From Octopus vulgaris (Eukaryota), in assembly GCA_951406725.2 (NCBI GenBank), contig OX597821.1, forward strand, positions 84,382,001-84,446,000: DNA of 64,000 bases, read 5' to 3'. Below the pieces are notes generated by a model, which was given only the letters and a program-made list of their open reading frames with translations, searched no databases and had not been told where the DNA came from. A program made the translations under genes and the position numbers. Each line of letters starts with the position of its first letter. Within the stretch, counting starts at the first letter, position 1. Below are positions 38,786-51,582 of this stretch, piece by piece.

Positions 38786-39809
38786 CATTGCAGGCTGATC
38801 CTCTTCACCAGGGGATGTGGTTTTAACACTTCTGCGCAGGTGGATGGGCCTTCTTGAGTATCTCAGTTCTTTGTCATCTTGACCAAATAGTTCAGCAGTT
38901 GTCCTTCAGTACTTCGACACTGAATCCAGTAAATTTCTTAGCCACATGGTCATGAACTGGTTTCAGCCAAATTTCCCCCTTTTAAAAGTTAATTACTAGT
39001 TAAAGTTTAAATTAAACATTAACCTTGTTTACTCTAACTTCCCCTAAACTTGAGTGTAGCCAGCAAAATGATGAATAATGTCATACAGTAATTAAATAAA
39101 ACAATAAACCAGCTTTTTACTAACTGCTATGATGGGATAAAATTGATTTTGTTATATTAATCAAACTAGATTTTCTAACAAGATTTTGAATAAATTAATT
39201 TGAAATTGTATTTTCTTTTTGTGCATGAGTAATTAATTTTCATCATGCGTCAAGCTGGTGTTAAACCCCAGGCCAATACAGACCAAACAAAACTATGAAT
39301 AAAAGTATTGCAGCCATGACCACCACTGCCATCTGGTATTTCAGGAGGGTATCTAGAACTACAGTATCTAATGTGTCCCTCCTTCCAATGAGAAGAATGA
39401 GATTTTATTAAAAAATTTGTGGTGGGTGCACATCCGCAAACTCTTGCAGGTCCCCACTGACCTACACTCCAAGTCCCACGGTCCTCACTCACTTCCACTC
39501 ACCCAAAACCTTTGATGGGGGGGGTCACCTGTACACTTGGTTACCACTATCTCTTCATTCACATGGCTTATGTCTTATGGCAGACACTTACTTGTCCAAT
39601 ATGTTACCCAGCAACATTCTTCATCATCAGCTTCCTTTATTGCCTACTGATCACTCACACTCTCTCGTCTAAATGAGTGTAGCCCTGTAGCTTGTCTACA
39701 TCAAGAAGCTGCTCTGCCTCTCTTCACCACTTCACTCATACTTTAGCCCTCATTTCCTCACATAAAGCTAACGCCCACCAACTTTAGTGTTCATAGTCCT
39801 GCAAGCTAC

Positions 39810-40027
39810 ATGGTGACCTCACTCATGCTGGTAGCACAAAAAAAAATTTTTTTAATAAAGCATCCAGTACATACTGTAAAATGGTTGGCATTCAGGAGGG
39901 CATCCAGCTATAGAAACCATGCCAAAGCAGACACTGGAGCATGGTGCAGCCCTTGGACCCATTGGATCTTGTCAAACCAGCCAACCCATGCCAGTATGGA
40001 GCATGGACATTAAATGATGACAATGAC
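39810..40027 (+). mobile_element. Family D (RTE-type) 3' end
   Basis: Homologous to 4955-5117 and 36730-36903. Confidence 0.6.
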
Positions 40028-40641
40028 AGAGACTATCTCATTTATTCATTGAGTGCAACAATAACTAGATACAATAGGGGTAGGGTCAGTGCCAAAGGGA
40101 CCCCACAAGTCTAGAGGCCCTGCTATCAATAAATAAAAGCTATAGGGCCCAGGGGCTTATAAAAGCTAAGATGGCCCTGGGCAGGAAGGGAGAATTAAAC
40201 TTAGATTCTATTAAATCACAGAATTTGCAACCTGGCTAAGTTACAAAACCTATGTAGTAGGATGTTGCTTACATAAAAAAAGACAAATGAAAGTCAATAT
40301 TTTGACCACTGACACCCTACATATAGCATTTGAGCAGATGAGGGAGCTTCTATATAAGTAATTCTCAATTGGGGTCCATATGAGAATTTGTTAAAATTTA
40401 TGTGCAATAAATTGGTTATACTTCTCCAATACACAAAATATTTTAATTTTTTTAATACAATTCCTAATAATAGTTAATTAAAAAATAGGATTTTTTAAAC
40501 ATCAAATGGCTATGAATCACTGCTTTCTATAGTCATTCAACTTAATAGAAACAACAACAAAATCTCCTTCAAACCACATCCGACCATCTTAAAGGGGACA
40601 TCAGATATGGTCTGAGGCACAATATGAATTTACCAAACCTG

Positions 40642-40678
<37 letters not shown>

Positions 40679-43042
40679 AAAGGGGGTGGTCATAGTTTGA
40701 AAATCCTTTGATTAGGGGTCTGCTCGATCGAGGCTGATGTTAGGGAGAAATAACAACGATTAGCTACCACTTCTATACTTTCCCAAAAACCATTTTGCTG
40801 CTAAAGTCTTATTCCACCCTCGCCCCATCCAAATTCCAACTATAATTACTTCTGCCAATAACATTCATTTATTCCTCCCCTAAATACATTTACATGCAGC
40901 TCTTTCCCCGCTTACTTTCCCATTCATTCCCCACCTCTCTTCATGCTCAGGTTCTCCCTCTCCACCTTAAACACACACACATACATGCTGTAACCACCAC
41001 ACTCAGGACTCTTACCACCACACACAAACTAGTCCAGCCACTCCCCCACTCCCTGACATGTGCATGCAGAGGTTCAGTGCACTCCACACACAAACACACC
41101 CATCTCCAGATGTAAAATATATTAAAGCAGTAACTCTACTAATAATATAAGGATAGAAACAATTGCTGTACTCTCCATACTTTATTCATAAATATGGCAG
41201 CAGAGGGCAGTCATTTGCCCTCCACACTAGAAAAGATAGAGAGAGCAGTTGCTCTACTCTTTAGGAGTTGTAGGTTACAAGTTCACATCTTACTGCAGGG
41301 CATTTGTGGAAGATAAACTCGGGAAAGTTATAAACCATAGACCCACATCCTATCAGAGAGGATGTTTATCTTATCAGCTTAGGACAACAGCAATAATTAA
41401 TCACCAACCACATCAGCATGCATGTTTGGCACAGTATTGTAGGAGTCCTTATGTGGTTGCTAGTGTCCTTAGAAATAGCAGCCAAATTTCATTTAAATTA
41501 CACCCTGCCATCTTGAAAATAGAGAGATGTATAAGATAGAATAGTCCAAGATATAAAACACTTAAGAAAAGCTTAGAAAAGTCTGCAGAGTAGAGGGTTA
41601 ATCTGGCAGGTAAACAACATATCTTTTTGTAGTCCCAAAATTTTCTTGGAACCACAGTCCCCAAAAAATGTAGTGGGCCCAAAATTTTTTTGCACCATGG
41701 ACCAGGAGATCATATGCATAATAAAATACTAAGTGCATATTATACAATTTAATCATTACACATTTGATAAATATAGAGAGGTAATATTTATGCCCACTTA
41801 AACATGGATGTTCGGTTGGAATAAACTATATGACAGCAGATACTTTTGGTGTAAAATACACTCTCACTTATATTGCTAGTGGGGAGATAAACCCCCACCA
41901 AGACCCGTTGCTAATATATATATTTTTTAATAAATATATAATGCAATAAACACCCTGGAGACTTCGATAGTCAATAGAATACAATCATCACCATTTAACG
42001 TCTGTTTTTCATACTAGAATGAGCTGGATGGTTTGACAGAAGCAGGTAAGGCCAGGGGCTGCACAAGGTTCCATTATCTGTTTTGGCATTGTTTCTATAG
42101 CTGGATGCCCAGTACCAAATGATCTGCAGCCGAGTGGTTGGGGACCCCTGGTCTAAAGAATTTATAAATAGGTAGCATTTCTATCTAACCTTGAATGTTC
42201 TAAGTCAACATATGTAGCACGCTTCGAAAGGCGGAAATGAAGCATGTTATTTAAACTATTTACTGATAGAATGTGCCATACCAAGCAGGAAATAGCATAC
42301 CACTCTTCTGTAGAATACTTGTCAGTAATGACCTTCATGTAACTGTATAAGCAATTAAGTTTCAGAAACAAGCTTAAACAATTAAAAAAAAAAAAAAATT
42401 AGACTGAATTTGCAGAAGCAACAACACATCCAAGCAATGTTGGGGAAAAAAATAGATGTAAAATATGAAAACAAAAAGGAAAAAGTAAAAAAAAAGACAA
42501 TCCTTCTCATGCAGCGTTGGATGGTATCATTAACAAGAAATGGATCAGATATATTTCAATCAGAGCATAACATACACATATATACACTTTTACAAACATG
42601 TGTACAGACACACACACACACATGCATGTACAGGCATACACCACACAAGCACACAAATACACACAAATATAAGACTACTCTTGCATGGAGTAGCAATTAA
42701 GCTAGACTGAATTTCCACATAAAGGCTGGTGGCACGACTGTATGTAGGTTAAGAAGCTTGTTTCCCAATCATGTGATTTCAGGTTCAGACCCAGTGTGCA
42801 GCACCAGGGGCAATGTCTTTCACCACAGCCCTGGGTCAACCAAAGCCGCGTGTGTGTGTGTGTGTACACATTATTTTTTTTTTATTTGTTTCAGCCATTT
42901 GACTGTGACCAAGTTGGAGCACTGCCCTAAAGGGTTTTAGTCAAGAACAAATCAACCCCAGGACTTATTTTTTAAGCCTAGGACTCACTTCATGGATGAT
43001 TTTTGCCGAAGTGCTAAGTTACATGGTATAAACACACCAATA

Positions 43043-43413
43043 TATATTCTATATTTAAGAGATGAGGAATTATGTACATTATTTACATTCGACGGATATT
43101 TGTCCTCATCTTGTTTGTTGTTAACACAACGTTTCAGCTGATATACCATCCAGCCTTCTTCAGGTGTCTTGGGGAAATTTCGAACCTGGGTTCTCATTCC
43201 TAAGGTATTTTTCGATGTTATTATTATCATTATTATTATTATTATTAGTGTTCAGGTCACTGCTTGGAATCGAACTCGGAATCTTGGGGTTAGTAGCCCA
43301 TGCTCTTAACCACTACGCCATATGCCCATAGGCATATCAGCCGAAACGTTGGGTTAACAACAAAGAAGATGAGGACAAATATCCATCTAATGTAAATAAC
43401 GTAAATAATGTAT
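43043..43413 (-). mobile_element. tRNA-headed short element with Penelope-like hammerhead tail and inverted terminal segment
   Basis: A-box TGGCGTAGTGG and B-box GTTCGATTC (43255-43327), (TAA)n linker, hammerhead motif, inverted partial copy at 43335-43412, 7-bp TSD. Confidence 0.7.
43123..43168 (-). ncRNA. Minimal type I hammerhead ribozyme motif
   Basis: GACAC-CUGAAGA-A-GGCUG-loop-CAGCU-GAAAC-GUU-GUGUU: stem I, core, stem II and palindromic AACGUU in place of stem III. Confidence 0.7.
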
Positions 43414-44292
43414 ACCAATACTAGTTGCCAAGTGGTAATTGGGGGACAAACAGACACACACACATATACAAATACAACAATCTTTCAGTTTCCGTCTACC
43501 AAATCCACTCACAAGACTTTGGTCAGCCCAAAGATATAGAAGATGATAATTACCCAGGGTGCCACGCAGAGGGACTGAACTCAGAACCATGTGGTTGAGT
43601 ATATATATATATTTCATTTTGTATTTGGTTTCCAAGATTCTTGATGTGAAATCATGTGTTGAAATCATGATTTTGTTGTATCTCACAATAATAAACATGC
43701 ATACTGGTTTTTATTTCTTTTCTTCGTTATTCATCAATTAGTTTATTATCAATCAGCTACTTAACCAACTAACTAAATCGATTGATTAATCACCTGGTTA
43801 ATCAATCAGTCAGTTGTGTTTACTGAGTCCTTTCATCGCTATTCGCAACCACTTCAATGATATTCCTTCTACTCCAGGTCTGTTTGAAATGGCTAATCAA
43901 TTAACGGATAATAACGAAGTGAAATTGAACCAGTATGTGTCACCGTTATTGGCATATTGACCTTCCCAAGACAGCAATATGTATATATATATATATATTT
44001 ATGTGTACCCTTGTCTTGACATCATATGATGGTTGTAAATGAACCTCACCCGTTTACAAGCAAGTTTGTTTGTTTCCAGTCTTCCGTGAAAGATGTCAGG
44101 CCAAAGAGAAATATAACTTTGCTTGAAAACAGGTGAAAGTTGCTAACAATAGAAGAACATCCTGTCATAGAAAATATCCTTCAACAAATTTTGTCTAACC
44201 CATGCCAACAGGAAAAAGAGGACATAAAACAATTATAATGAAAAAGCCAATACGCTTGTAATCTTGTTTATACAAGTGATATATACATACAT

Positions 44293-44606
44293 TAACTGGC
44301 ACTCTATCGGTTATGAGAATGAGTGTTCCAGTTGATCCAATCAATGGAACAGCCTGCTCATGAAATTAACATGCATGTGGCTGAGCGCTCCACAGACACA
44401 TGTACCCTTAACATAGTTCTCAGGGAGAGTCAGCGGGATACAGAGTGTGCTAAGGCTGGCCTTTTCGAAATACAGGCACTGCCCATTTTCACCAGCTGAA
44501 TGGCCAGGGTTAATGGGAAATAAAGTGTCTTGTTCAAGAACAACAGGTCACCAGGAATTGAACTCACGATCTCACGATTGTGAGCCGAATACCCTAACCA
44601 CTAAGT
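44293..44606 (-). mobile_element. Family C-related SINE
   Basis: Reverse head TAGTGGTTAGGGTATTCGGCTCACAATCG...GAGTTCAATTCC and TTCTTGAACAAGACACTTT core. Confidence 0.65.
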
Positions 44607-44627
44607 CACCTTCACAGATATACAACC

Positions 44628-44858
44628 TATTTCTTTATTACCCACAAGGGGCTAAACATAGAGGGGACAAACAAGGACAGACATAGGTATTAAGTCGATT
44701 ACATCGACCCCAGTGCGTAACTGGTACTTAATTTATCGACCCCAAAAGGATGAAAGGCAAAGTCGACCTCGGCGGAATTTGAACTCACAATGTAACGACA
44801 GACGAAATACGGCTACGCATTTCGCCCGGCGTGCTAACGATTCTGCCAGCTCGCCGCC
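44628..44858 (-). mobile_element. SINE family B, full-length with 17-bp TSD
   Basis: TTCACAGATATACAACC at 44611-44627 and 44859-44875. Confidence 0.92.
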
Positions 44859-45444
44859 TTCACAGATATACAACCACTACTCTGTGAGTGTGTGTGTGTG
44901 TGTGCATATCACAGATGTTGACCAAAATAGTTGCAAACTTTATCAGTTCTTTCAAGTTAATTTGATATTTCTGCCTCGCTCATTACTGATTAAAGACTGA
45001 TTAAAGTTTCGGGTTAATCAACCTTAGACTCTCACTCATGACACTCCCACACAAGGAACACAGACAAGCAACTTCAATAACATGGCAAATATCTATAGCC
45101 CCCCCACCACCACCACCAGTAATTACAACAGTCAGCTGAAGTGAACACACAACTAGAAGCCAATGAGGGAGACTCTACGTGGTGTCACAACCAGCTAGAA
45201 ATAGCAGTGGAATCTCTTAAATCACAGTCTACTGCCATAAAATGCACATCATGTTGATCCAGGATTATATATAACAGAATAATTACTGTGAAGCATTGTG
45301 TAGAAATATATTGTATAAAGGAACATGGGTAAGGCCAAAACAATGCAAGGTAAATAAACAAGAAATCAAATATATGAATTAATGTAGACTTACTTTGTAT
45401 TCAATATTTTGGGGTCATAACCCCATTTTCAACCCCAAAATATT

Positions 45445-45676
45445 TATTTCTTTACTACCCACAAGGGGCTAAACACAGAGGGGACAAACAAGGACAGACA
45501 AAGGGCTTTAGTCGATTACATCAACCCCAGTGCGTAACTGGTACTTAATTTATCGACCCCGAAAGGATGAAAGGCAAAGTCGACCTCGGCGGAATTTGAA
45601 CTCAGAACATAACGGCAGACGAAATACGGCTTCGCATTTCGCCCAGTGTGCTAACGTTTCTGCCAGCTCGCCGCCT
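45445..45676 (-). mobile_element. SINE family B, full-length
   Basis: Near-identical to 44628-44858; AAATATT on both sides. Confidence 0.9.
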
Positions 45677-45816
45677 TTAAATATTGAATACAACCCCAAA
45701 ATATTGAATACAAGTCTACATTAATACATATATTTTTCTTGTGATTTACCTTGAAAATGGGGTCATAATCCTGAAATATTGAATACAAGGTAAGTTTACA
45801 AGATATATATATATAT

Positions 45817-46102
45817 ATCATCGTTTAACGACTGTTTTCCATGCTAGCATGGGTTGGACGGTTCGACCGGGGTCTAGGAAGCCAGGAGGGAGCACTAGGC
45901 TCCAGTCTGATCTGGCAGTGTTTCTACAGCTTGATGCCCTTCCTAATGCCAACCACTCTGTGAGTGTAGTGGGTGCTTTTTATGTGCCACCGACACGGGC
46001 CAGAGGAGGCTGGCAACAGCCACAACCGGCATGGACACCAATCAAGGCAGCGCTGGCATCGGCCACGTCCGGGTGGTGCTTTTTATGTGCCACCAGCACG
46101 GA
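45817..46102 (-). mobile_element. Family D (RTE-type) 3' end
   Basis: Close match to 29418-29700. Confidence 0.75.
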
Positions 46103-46106
46103 TATC

Positions 46107-46151
<45 letters not shown>

Positions 46152-46220
46152 TGAATTTTCCATGTGTTAACATGCACCTCCTTGTGACAATGTAAACTTT
46201 CATTTAATCAAGATACCCTT

Positions 46221-46304
46221 GGCCTGAAGAGTAGCCTGTGGTATACACCTTGCTTGGATATTTGCCACTTCCAAGGTTCTACTCGCTATGAAACATATGT
46301 CACC
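46221..46304 (+). ncRNA. Decayed type I hammerhead motif in an insert between (TA)n tracts
   Basis: GGC-CUGAAGA-GUAGC...GCUAU-GAAAC-AUAU-GUC-ACC. Confidence 0.6.
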
Positions 46305-46582
46305 CGGATTTTACCTACTCCATTCCTTAACTCTTGTATATATATGTATATGTATGTGTGTGTGTATGTATATATATATATATATATATAAGCCATAATT
46401 ATAATGACAGAGAATAGGAAGACTGGTACATCCTCAATTTATTTCCTTTTATTTTACAATGTCATACAGCGTATGACCTACATATGCATCAACTGCACAG
46501 CGTATGTGCAGTTGTGCATGTAACTGGGCATAATTTTCTGAGCAGCTTCTTTCAGGGTCTTTCAATCATAAAAATATGTTAT

Positions 46583-46811
46583 TCTTTTATTCTTTTACTT
46601 GTTTCAGGCATTTGACTGCGGCCATACTGGAGCACTGCCTTAAAAGGGTGTTCGTCAAAGACATCGACCCCAGCACTTGTTCTTTGTAAGCCTAGTACTT
46701 ATTCTATCAGTCTCTCTTGCTGAACTGCTAAGTTATGGTAACAAACACACTAGCATGAATTGTCAAGTGATGGCAGGGGGAGGAGGGACAAACAGACACA
46801 AATATATACAT

Positions 46812-46843
<32 letters not shown>

Positions 46844-47179
46844 AAATCCAAACAAGAAAGCACAAAAAACACAACAAGGCGAGGACGTGGAACAAATATA
46901 GTATTATTGGACGCTCAGGAAAGAAGGAGGGTTTAACGTTTCGAGCGGAGCTCTTCGTCGGAAACATAGGAGTAGGAAAGATCCAGAGAAGGGAAGACAG
47001 AGGAAAAAAAAAATCGCCAACGGTACACACGCGGTTACACAATGGGCTTCTTCAAGTTTCCTTCAACCAAATCCACTCACAAGGCTTTGGTTGGCCCGAG
47101 GCTATAGGTGCCAAGCAGTATGACTGAACCTGGAACCATGTGATTAGGAAGCAAACTTCTTACCACACAGCCACGCCTG
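46583..47179 (-). mobile_element. SINE family A split at its internal (TA)n by a nested insert
   Basis: 3' half at 46583-46838 and 5' half at 47041-47179. Confidence 0.75.
46840..47038 (-). mobile_element. Penelope-like terminal fragment with hammerhead variant
   Basis: GUUU-CCGACGA-A-GAGC-UCC-GCUC-GAAAC-GUU-AAAC at 46931-46965; second copy at 62172-62368. Confidence 0.65.
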
Positions 47180-50100
47180 TATGACATTCTAAAATAAAAG
47201 GAAATAAATTGAGGATATACTAGTCTCCATATTCTCTATTGTTATAAATTATTGCTAATATGCACTCCAGAAAATATTACTATCCAATGAGGGAAAGATG
47301 GAATTACACTTTGGAGGAATTTACAGCATGTAGTATCAACTCCTAGTAAATATTACTCAATGTGGTTAGCCATAACCTGGAACGCAACTGAGAGCTCCCA
47401 CATAATATATCCCAGATAATCATCATCATCATTTAACGTCCGCTTTATAGTATAGCCCACTAAACTCATATGTTTATGTATCATTTTTATTATCATTTCA
47501 GTCACTTTTCATGTTTGCACGAGTTGGGTAAAATTTGTTGAGGCAGATTTTCTAAGGCCAGATGCCCTTTCCATTGCCAAACCCTCACCTGTTTCCAAAC
47601 AAGGTAATATTTCCCATGGCTAGACATTTTTCACAGATGATTTGGAAACAAACATGCTCATTTATAATCCTCACATGATGTCAAATATAAAGGTAAACAC
47701 AAACATACACAGTAATTATATATATCATCATCATCATCATCATTTAACATCCATTTTCTATGCTGGCAAGTGCTGGATGGCTTGACAGGAGCTAGCAAGC
47801 CAGAGGACTATACCAAGCACCACTGTCTGCTTTGGCATGGCTTCTACAGCTGGAGGCCGACCTCTTTACCTAATGCCAATCACTTTACAGAGGGTACTGA
47901 GTACTTTTTACATGGGACCAGCACCAGCAGGGTCACCAAGGGCTTCTTTCAGTTTCCATCAACTAGATCCACTCACAAGGTTTTGGTTAGTCCAAGGCTT
48001 TAGAAGACACTTTCCCAAGGTGCCATGCAGTGGGAGCGAACCCAAGAGCAACAGCGTGTGGCTGAGAAGCAAGTGTCTAAACCACACAGCCATGTCAGCA
48101 CCAAAGTACAAAATATAGGGATTTGTGAAGCCAGGATGTTGTCCTCGAATCACTATACCTTAAGAAGAGTAATGCTTTCGATCATAGGTTGGCTGGATGA
48201 GAGTTGACCTGGGATTAAACAGCAAGTTTCAGAGGATAAAGAGAAAGAGATCCTATAGCAGGACCTGTATCCACAACACGAAGGAACAGAGAAACTCTAT
48301 AAGGAATTTAGTGTGGTATGTGATCAGGATTTTAGACTCAATGCCCTACAACAAACAGACTAAAGTCAATTGCTTGCTTTAATTATTGTTCATTAAAGAG
48401 TGGTGGATAGATAAACATCATTAGAGCTTTGGACAAAGTGCTTAGGGGTATTGATTCTGTCTCTATGCATTCAAGTGCAAATCTTACAGAAGTTATCCTT
48501 CCAATGCTGATAAAGTATCAGTCATGCATTAGTTTCAATTTTGAAGACAATGTGTCGCCAAACAAATTTGTGGCCTTCATTATCAAGGGTCAATCAAGTA
48601 CCTGAACCAGTAAAGCCACATCTGCTGTATTTAGATGCAACCCATTACATTGAGTTTAAATTCAATCTGGAGTCAACTTTGCCTTTCATCTTTCTTTGGT
48701 TGATTTAAAAAGAAAAAAAAAGCCAGTAATTTACTGAAACTGAGTTAACCGACTCATCTCTTCCATAAAATTTCTGAACTGATGTCAATGTCAGAAATTA
48801 TCACATCTCCCCCCCCCCCCCCAGTACATTCTGCAATTATTGAGAATAATTATGTAAACCAAAAGATTATGCTGGAACAAAATGAATGTCCCACAACCAC
48901 TAATTCCATCATGATACTTTAAAAGACCTTACTTCATTGTTGAGTAGCAGCACTCAGATCCGCTTGAATGAGTAACCCATAACAATAAAAAGCAACAACC
49001 AAAAATATCCAACACCCTCGATGTACAGGTATGTCTGGAATATCAAAATATACTCAATCAGTGTTCTTAAATGGTCGTTCTTCCATTACTGTAAGCAGGA
49101 TGACCTTAAATTTTAAGGTATTGTCTGTATTTTAAAGAGGAGAGCAGGTTAGGTAGTTGCAGTTGATTAACTGCAAGTCTGTCCTGATCCAGCAGACTTA
49201 GAATCGAGAATGACACTGTCATTTTTCATACATAGTATCCAACAGGTCTTTTTAAGAGATTTGACTGCTATGTCTAGCAGCTCGATCAAACACGTAGAGG
49301 TTCCCTTATTTAGCTGCTACATTGAACAAGTTAAACTACCGTTTAGACACTTCCTTGTTGTCACAAGTAGTTCGTAGTTTTTCTGCAATTTACAACATCA
49401 GACCAATGCCAAATCATATGTGATGGATTGGTAAAAGATCTTTAGAGAGTCGGACAAAATGTCAGCAGTATTTAATTACAGTATTTTATGTTCCAAGTTC
49501 GAATCCCACCCGGGGCAGTCTTAGTAGCATTGTAGGCCCTCGGGAAAAATGAATGAAATAAGTTCTATAGTATTAAATTGGCAGCAAGGCAAAGCATAGA
49601 TCAGAATTGAGCCCCTAGCCTGTAGGGTCCTTGGGCAATTACACAGTGTGCCCAAGCCCTAAGATGGCACTATGCTACAGAGGTCAATTTCGTCTTTGAT
49701 TATTCCAAGGTTGATAAAATAAACTATCAGTCAAGTATTGGAGTCAATATTCCCATAAATCATCCTAGAAGCGAAACGAATTTTCATAAAAGACAGACAC
49801 CAATTGTAAAACTTAGTAAAATGTCCAACGCATGCAGGCACGTACACACACAAAGCTGGACTTTCGAACCTTACAGCTCGCAGTTTCATCAATTTGATTC
49901 AAAAGGCTAGGGTGTATAAGTTTTCCGAAGGTGATGCCCAATCAGATCGAACCTCGTGATTGTAAAGCGAATATTTTGATTAATGTATGTGTGTGTATGT
50001 ATGTAGAGAGTCTAAAATAATGAAAGCCAGTGTTTCAAAATTATGTGTAAACTATAGATACCAAATCTACTAATTCTAACGGGGTTCTCAACAAGGGACC

Positions 50101-51513
50101 TTCTACGTAGGAAACTGAAATACGCTAAAAAAAAGAAGCGGCCTATCTCCCTTATTTCTATAAACCTGGAAACAACTTTGATGATAGATCCACTCGATAA
50201 GAAGCAAACTTGAAGTTAAACAATAGCCGACATACAGATATGAGCATAAATAAATAAATAGAACTTTAAGCTCCACTAACTGAATTACTTATATTTTTGA
50301 CATACAAAATAAATTACAGGCCGTAAAGGTCGTGATGAAATAATTATCTTGAAATATAAGTTCACACATTTAGATCTACGAATGAAATTTAAAATCAGTA
50401 TCCAGATTCCACAAGTCTGCTTCGATTGATTCAATGGAACAAAGAAAACGTAGAATAGGAGACTATATGAGGTTTATTAAACTGTTTGAGTATGTTGAAT
50501 ACATTTAATATCTCAATTTTTCTCAAATACACATCAGTGACTTCGTTTAAGTCAGTCATTCCCTGTTTCAATGACAGAACACATGCATAATATATATTTA
50601 TAAATACATAAACAAACGCATATTCATACACTTAAATATGCATATGTCCGTACAAGATGCATGTACGACTACATCAGAATAAGCATATACACACACACGC
50701 ACATACATTTATATAACAGATGCGTAGACACATTTTCTTCGCCACACAAAGGACACATTACTCCACAAGAGTACTCCTGCACTTCAAAGCAAGCAATATT
50801 GCTGATAGGTGTATTAATAACACAAACACTAAGCAAAAGCAACAAGAGTAAAAGCTACACACACACACACGCACACAGGATTGTGTGTGTCTACGTGCTG
50901 AAAATCATTAGATGACATCAAAAGCAGTGTTGTTTCTTGCCAGTCTCCATCGCATAACAACTACGCCGCCGACACAAACAGAATATGCACAACACAGATG
51001 CGCGCACTTGTAAGACAAAACAAACACATACGAGAGAGAGAAAGAGAGAGAGAGATGCCAGAGGTGGGGAGGATCAGGTGTAAAGTCAGCTCTTTTGACT
51101 TAGCAGTGCAAGCAAACAATTTAAAGAAGCAGACGCCAGCTAGCTAGAATAGAGAAAGCTATAGGACATATCAATTAAGGATATAGATAATACAGTATCA
51201 TCTCCATCCTCCTCTTCCTTCCACTAGCAGCCAAGCCCAACCAGCATCTAGGTCATGCTCTGAGCATATGATGGCATTAGCGGTCGGTCTCACAAAAGAC
51301 CACAGTTATAAGGAGCCGGCTTTCACATCATCGCCCCCTTTTCAAATTCCTTCAATAGATACAATAACGCATTATAAAACTCTCTTTCTTTCTCTCTCGT
51401 CTGACTACAGATTTCACGGGGAAAATATGTTAACCCCTAAGAACATTATTCATATACATATATATACACACACACACGTGTACTTCTATATGCATCCTCT
51501 GGGTGTGTCCATA

Positions 51514-51582
<69 letters not shown>

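Larger units (their letters stand above)
42878..43598 (-). mobile_element. SINE family A split by a nested insertion
   Basis: 3' half at 42878-43042, 5' half at 43414-43598, with ACCAATA duplicated at the break. Confidence 0.75.

Noticed and set aside
43255-43327. Functional tRNA gene
   Set aside because: A and B boxes are present but the acceptor stem pairs poorly and it is embedded in a TSD-flanked insert. The same applies to the SINE A, B and C heads.
46520-46560. Additional hammerhead on the minus strand (CTGAAAGA...GAAAATT)
   Set aside because: Core spacing is wrong and there is no credible stem I or II.
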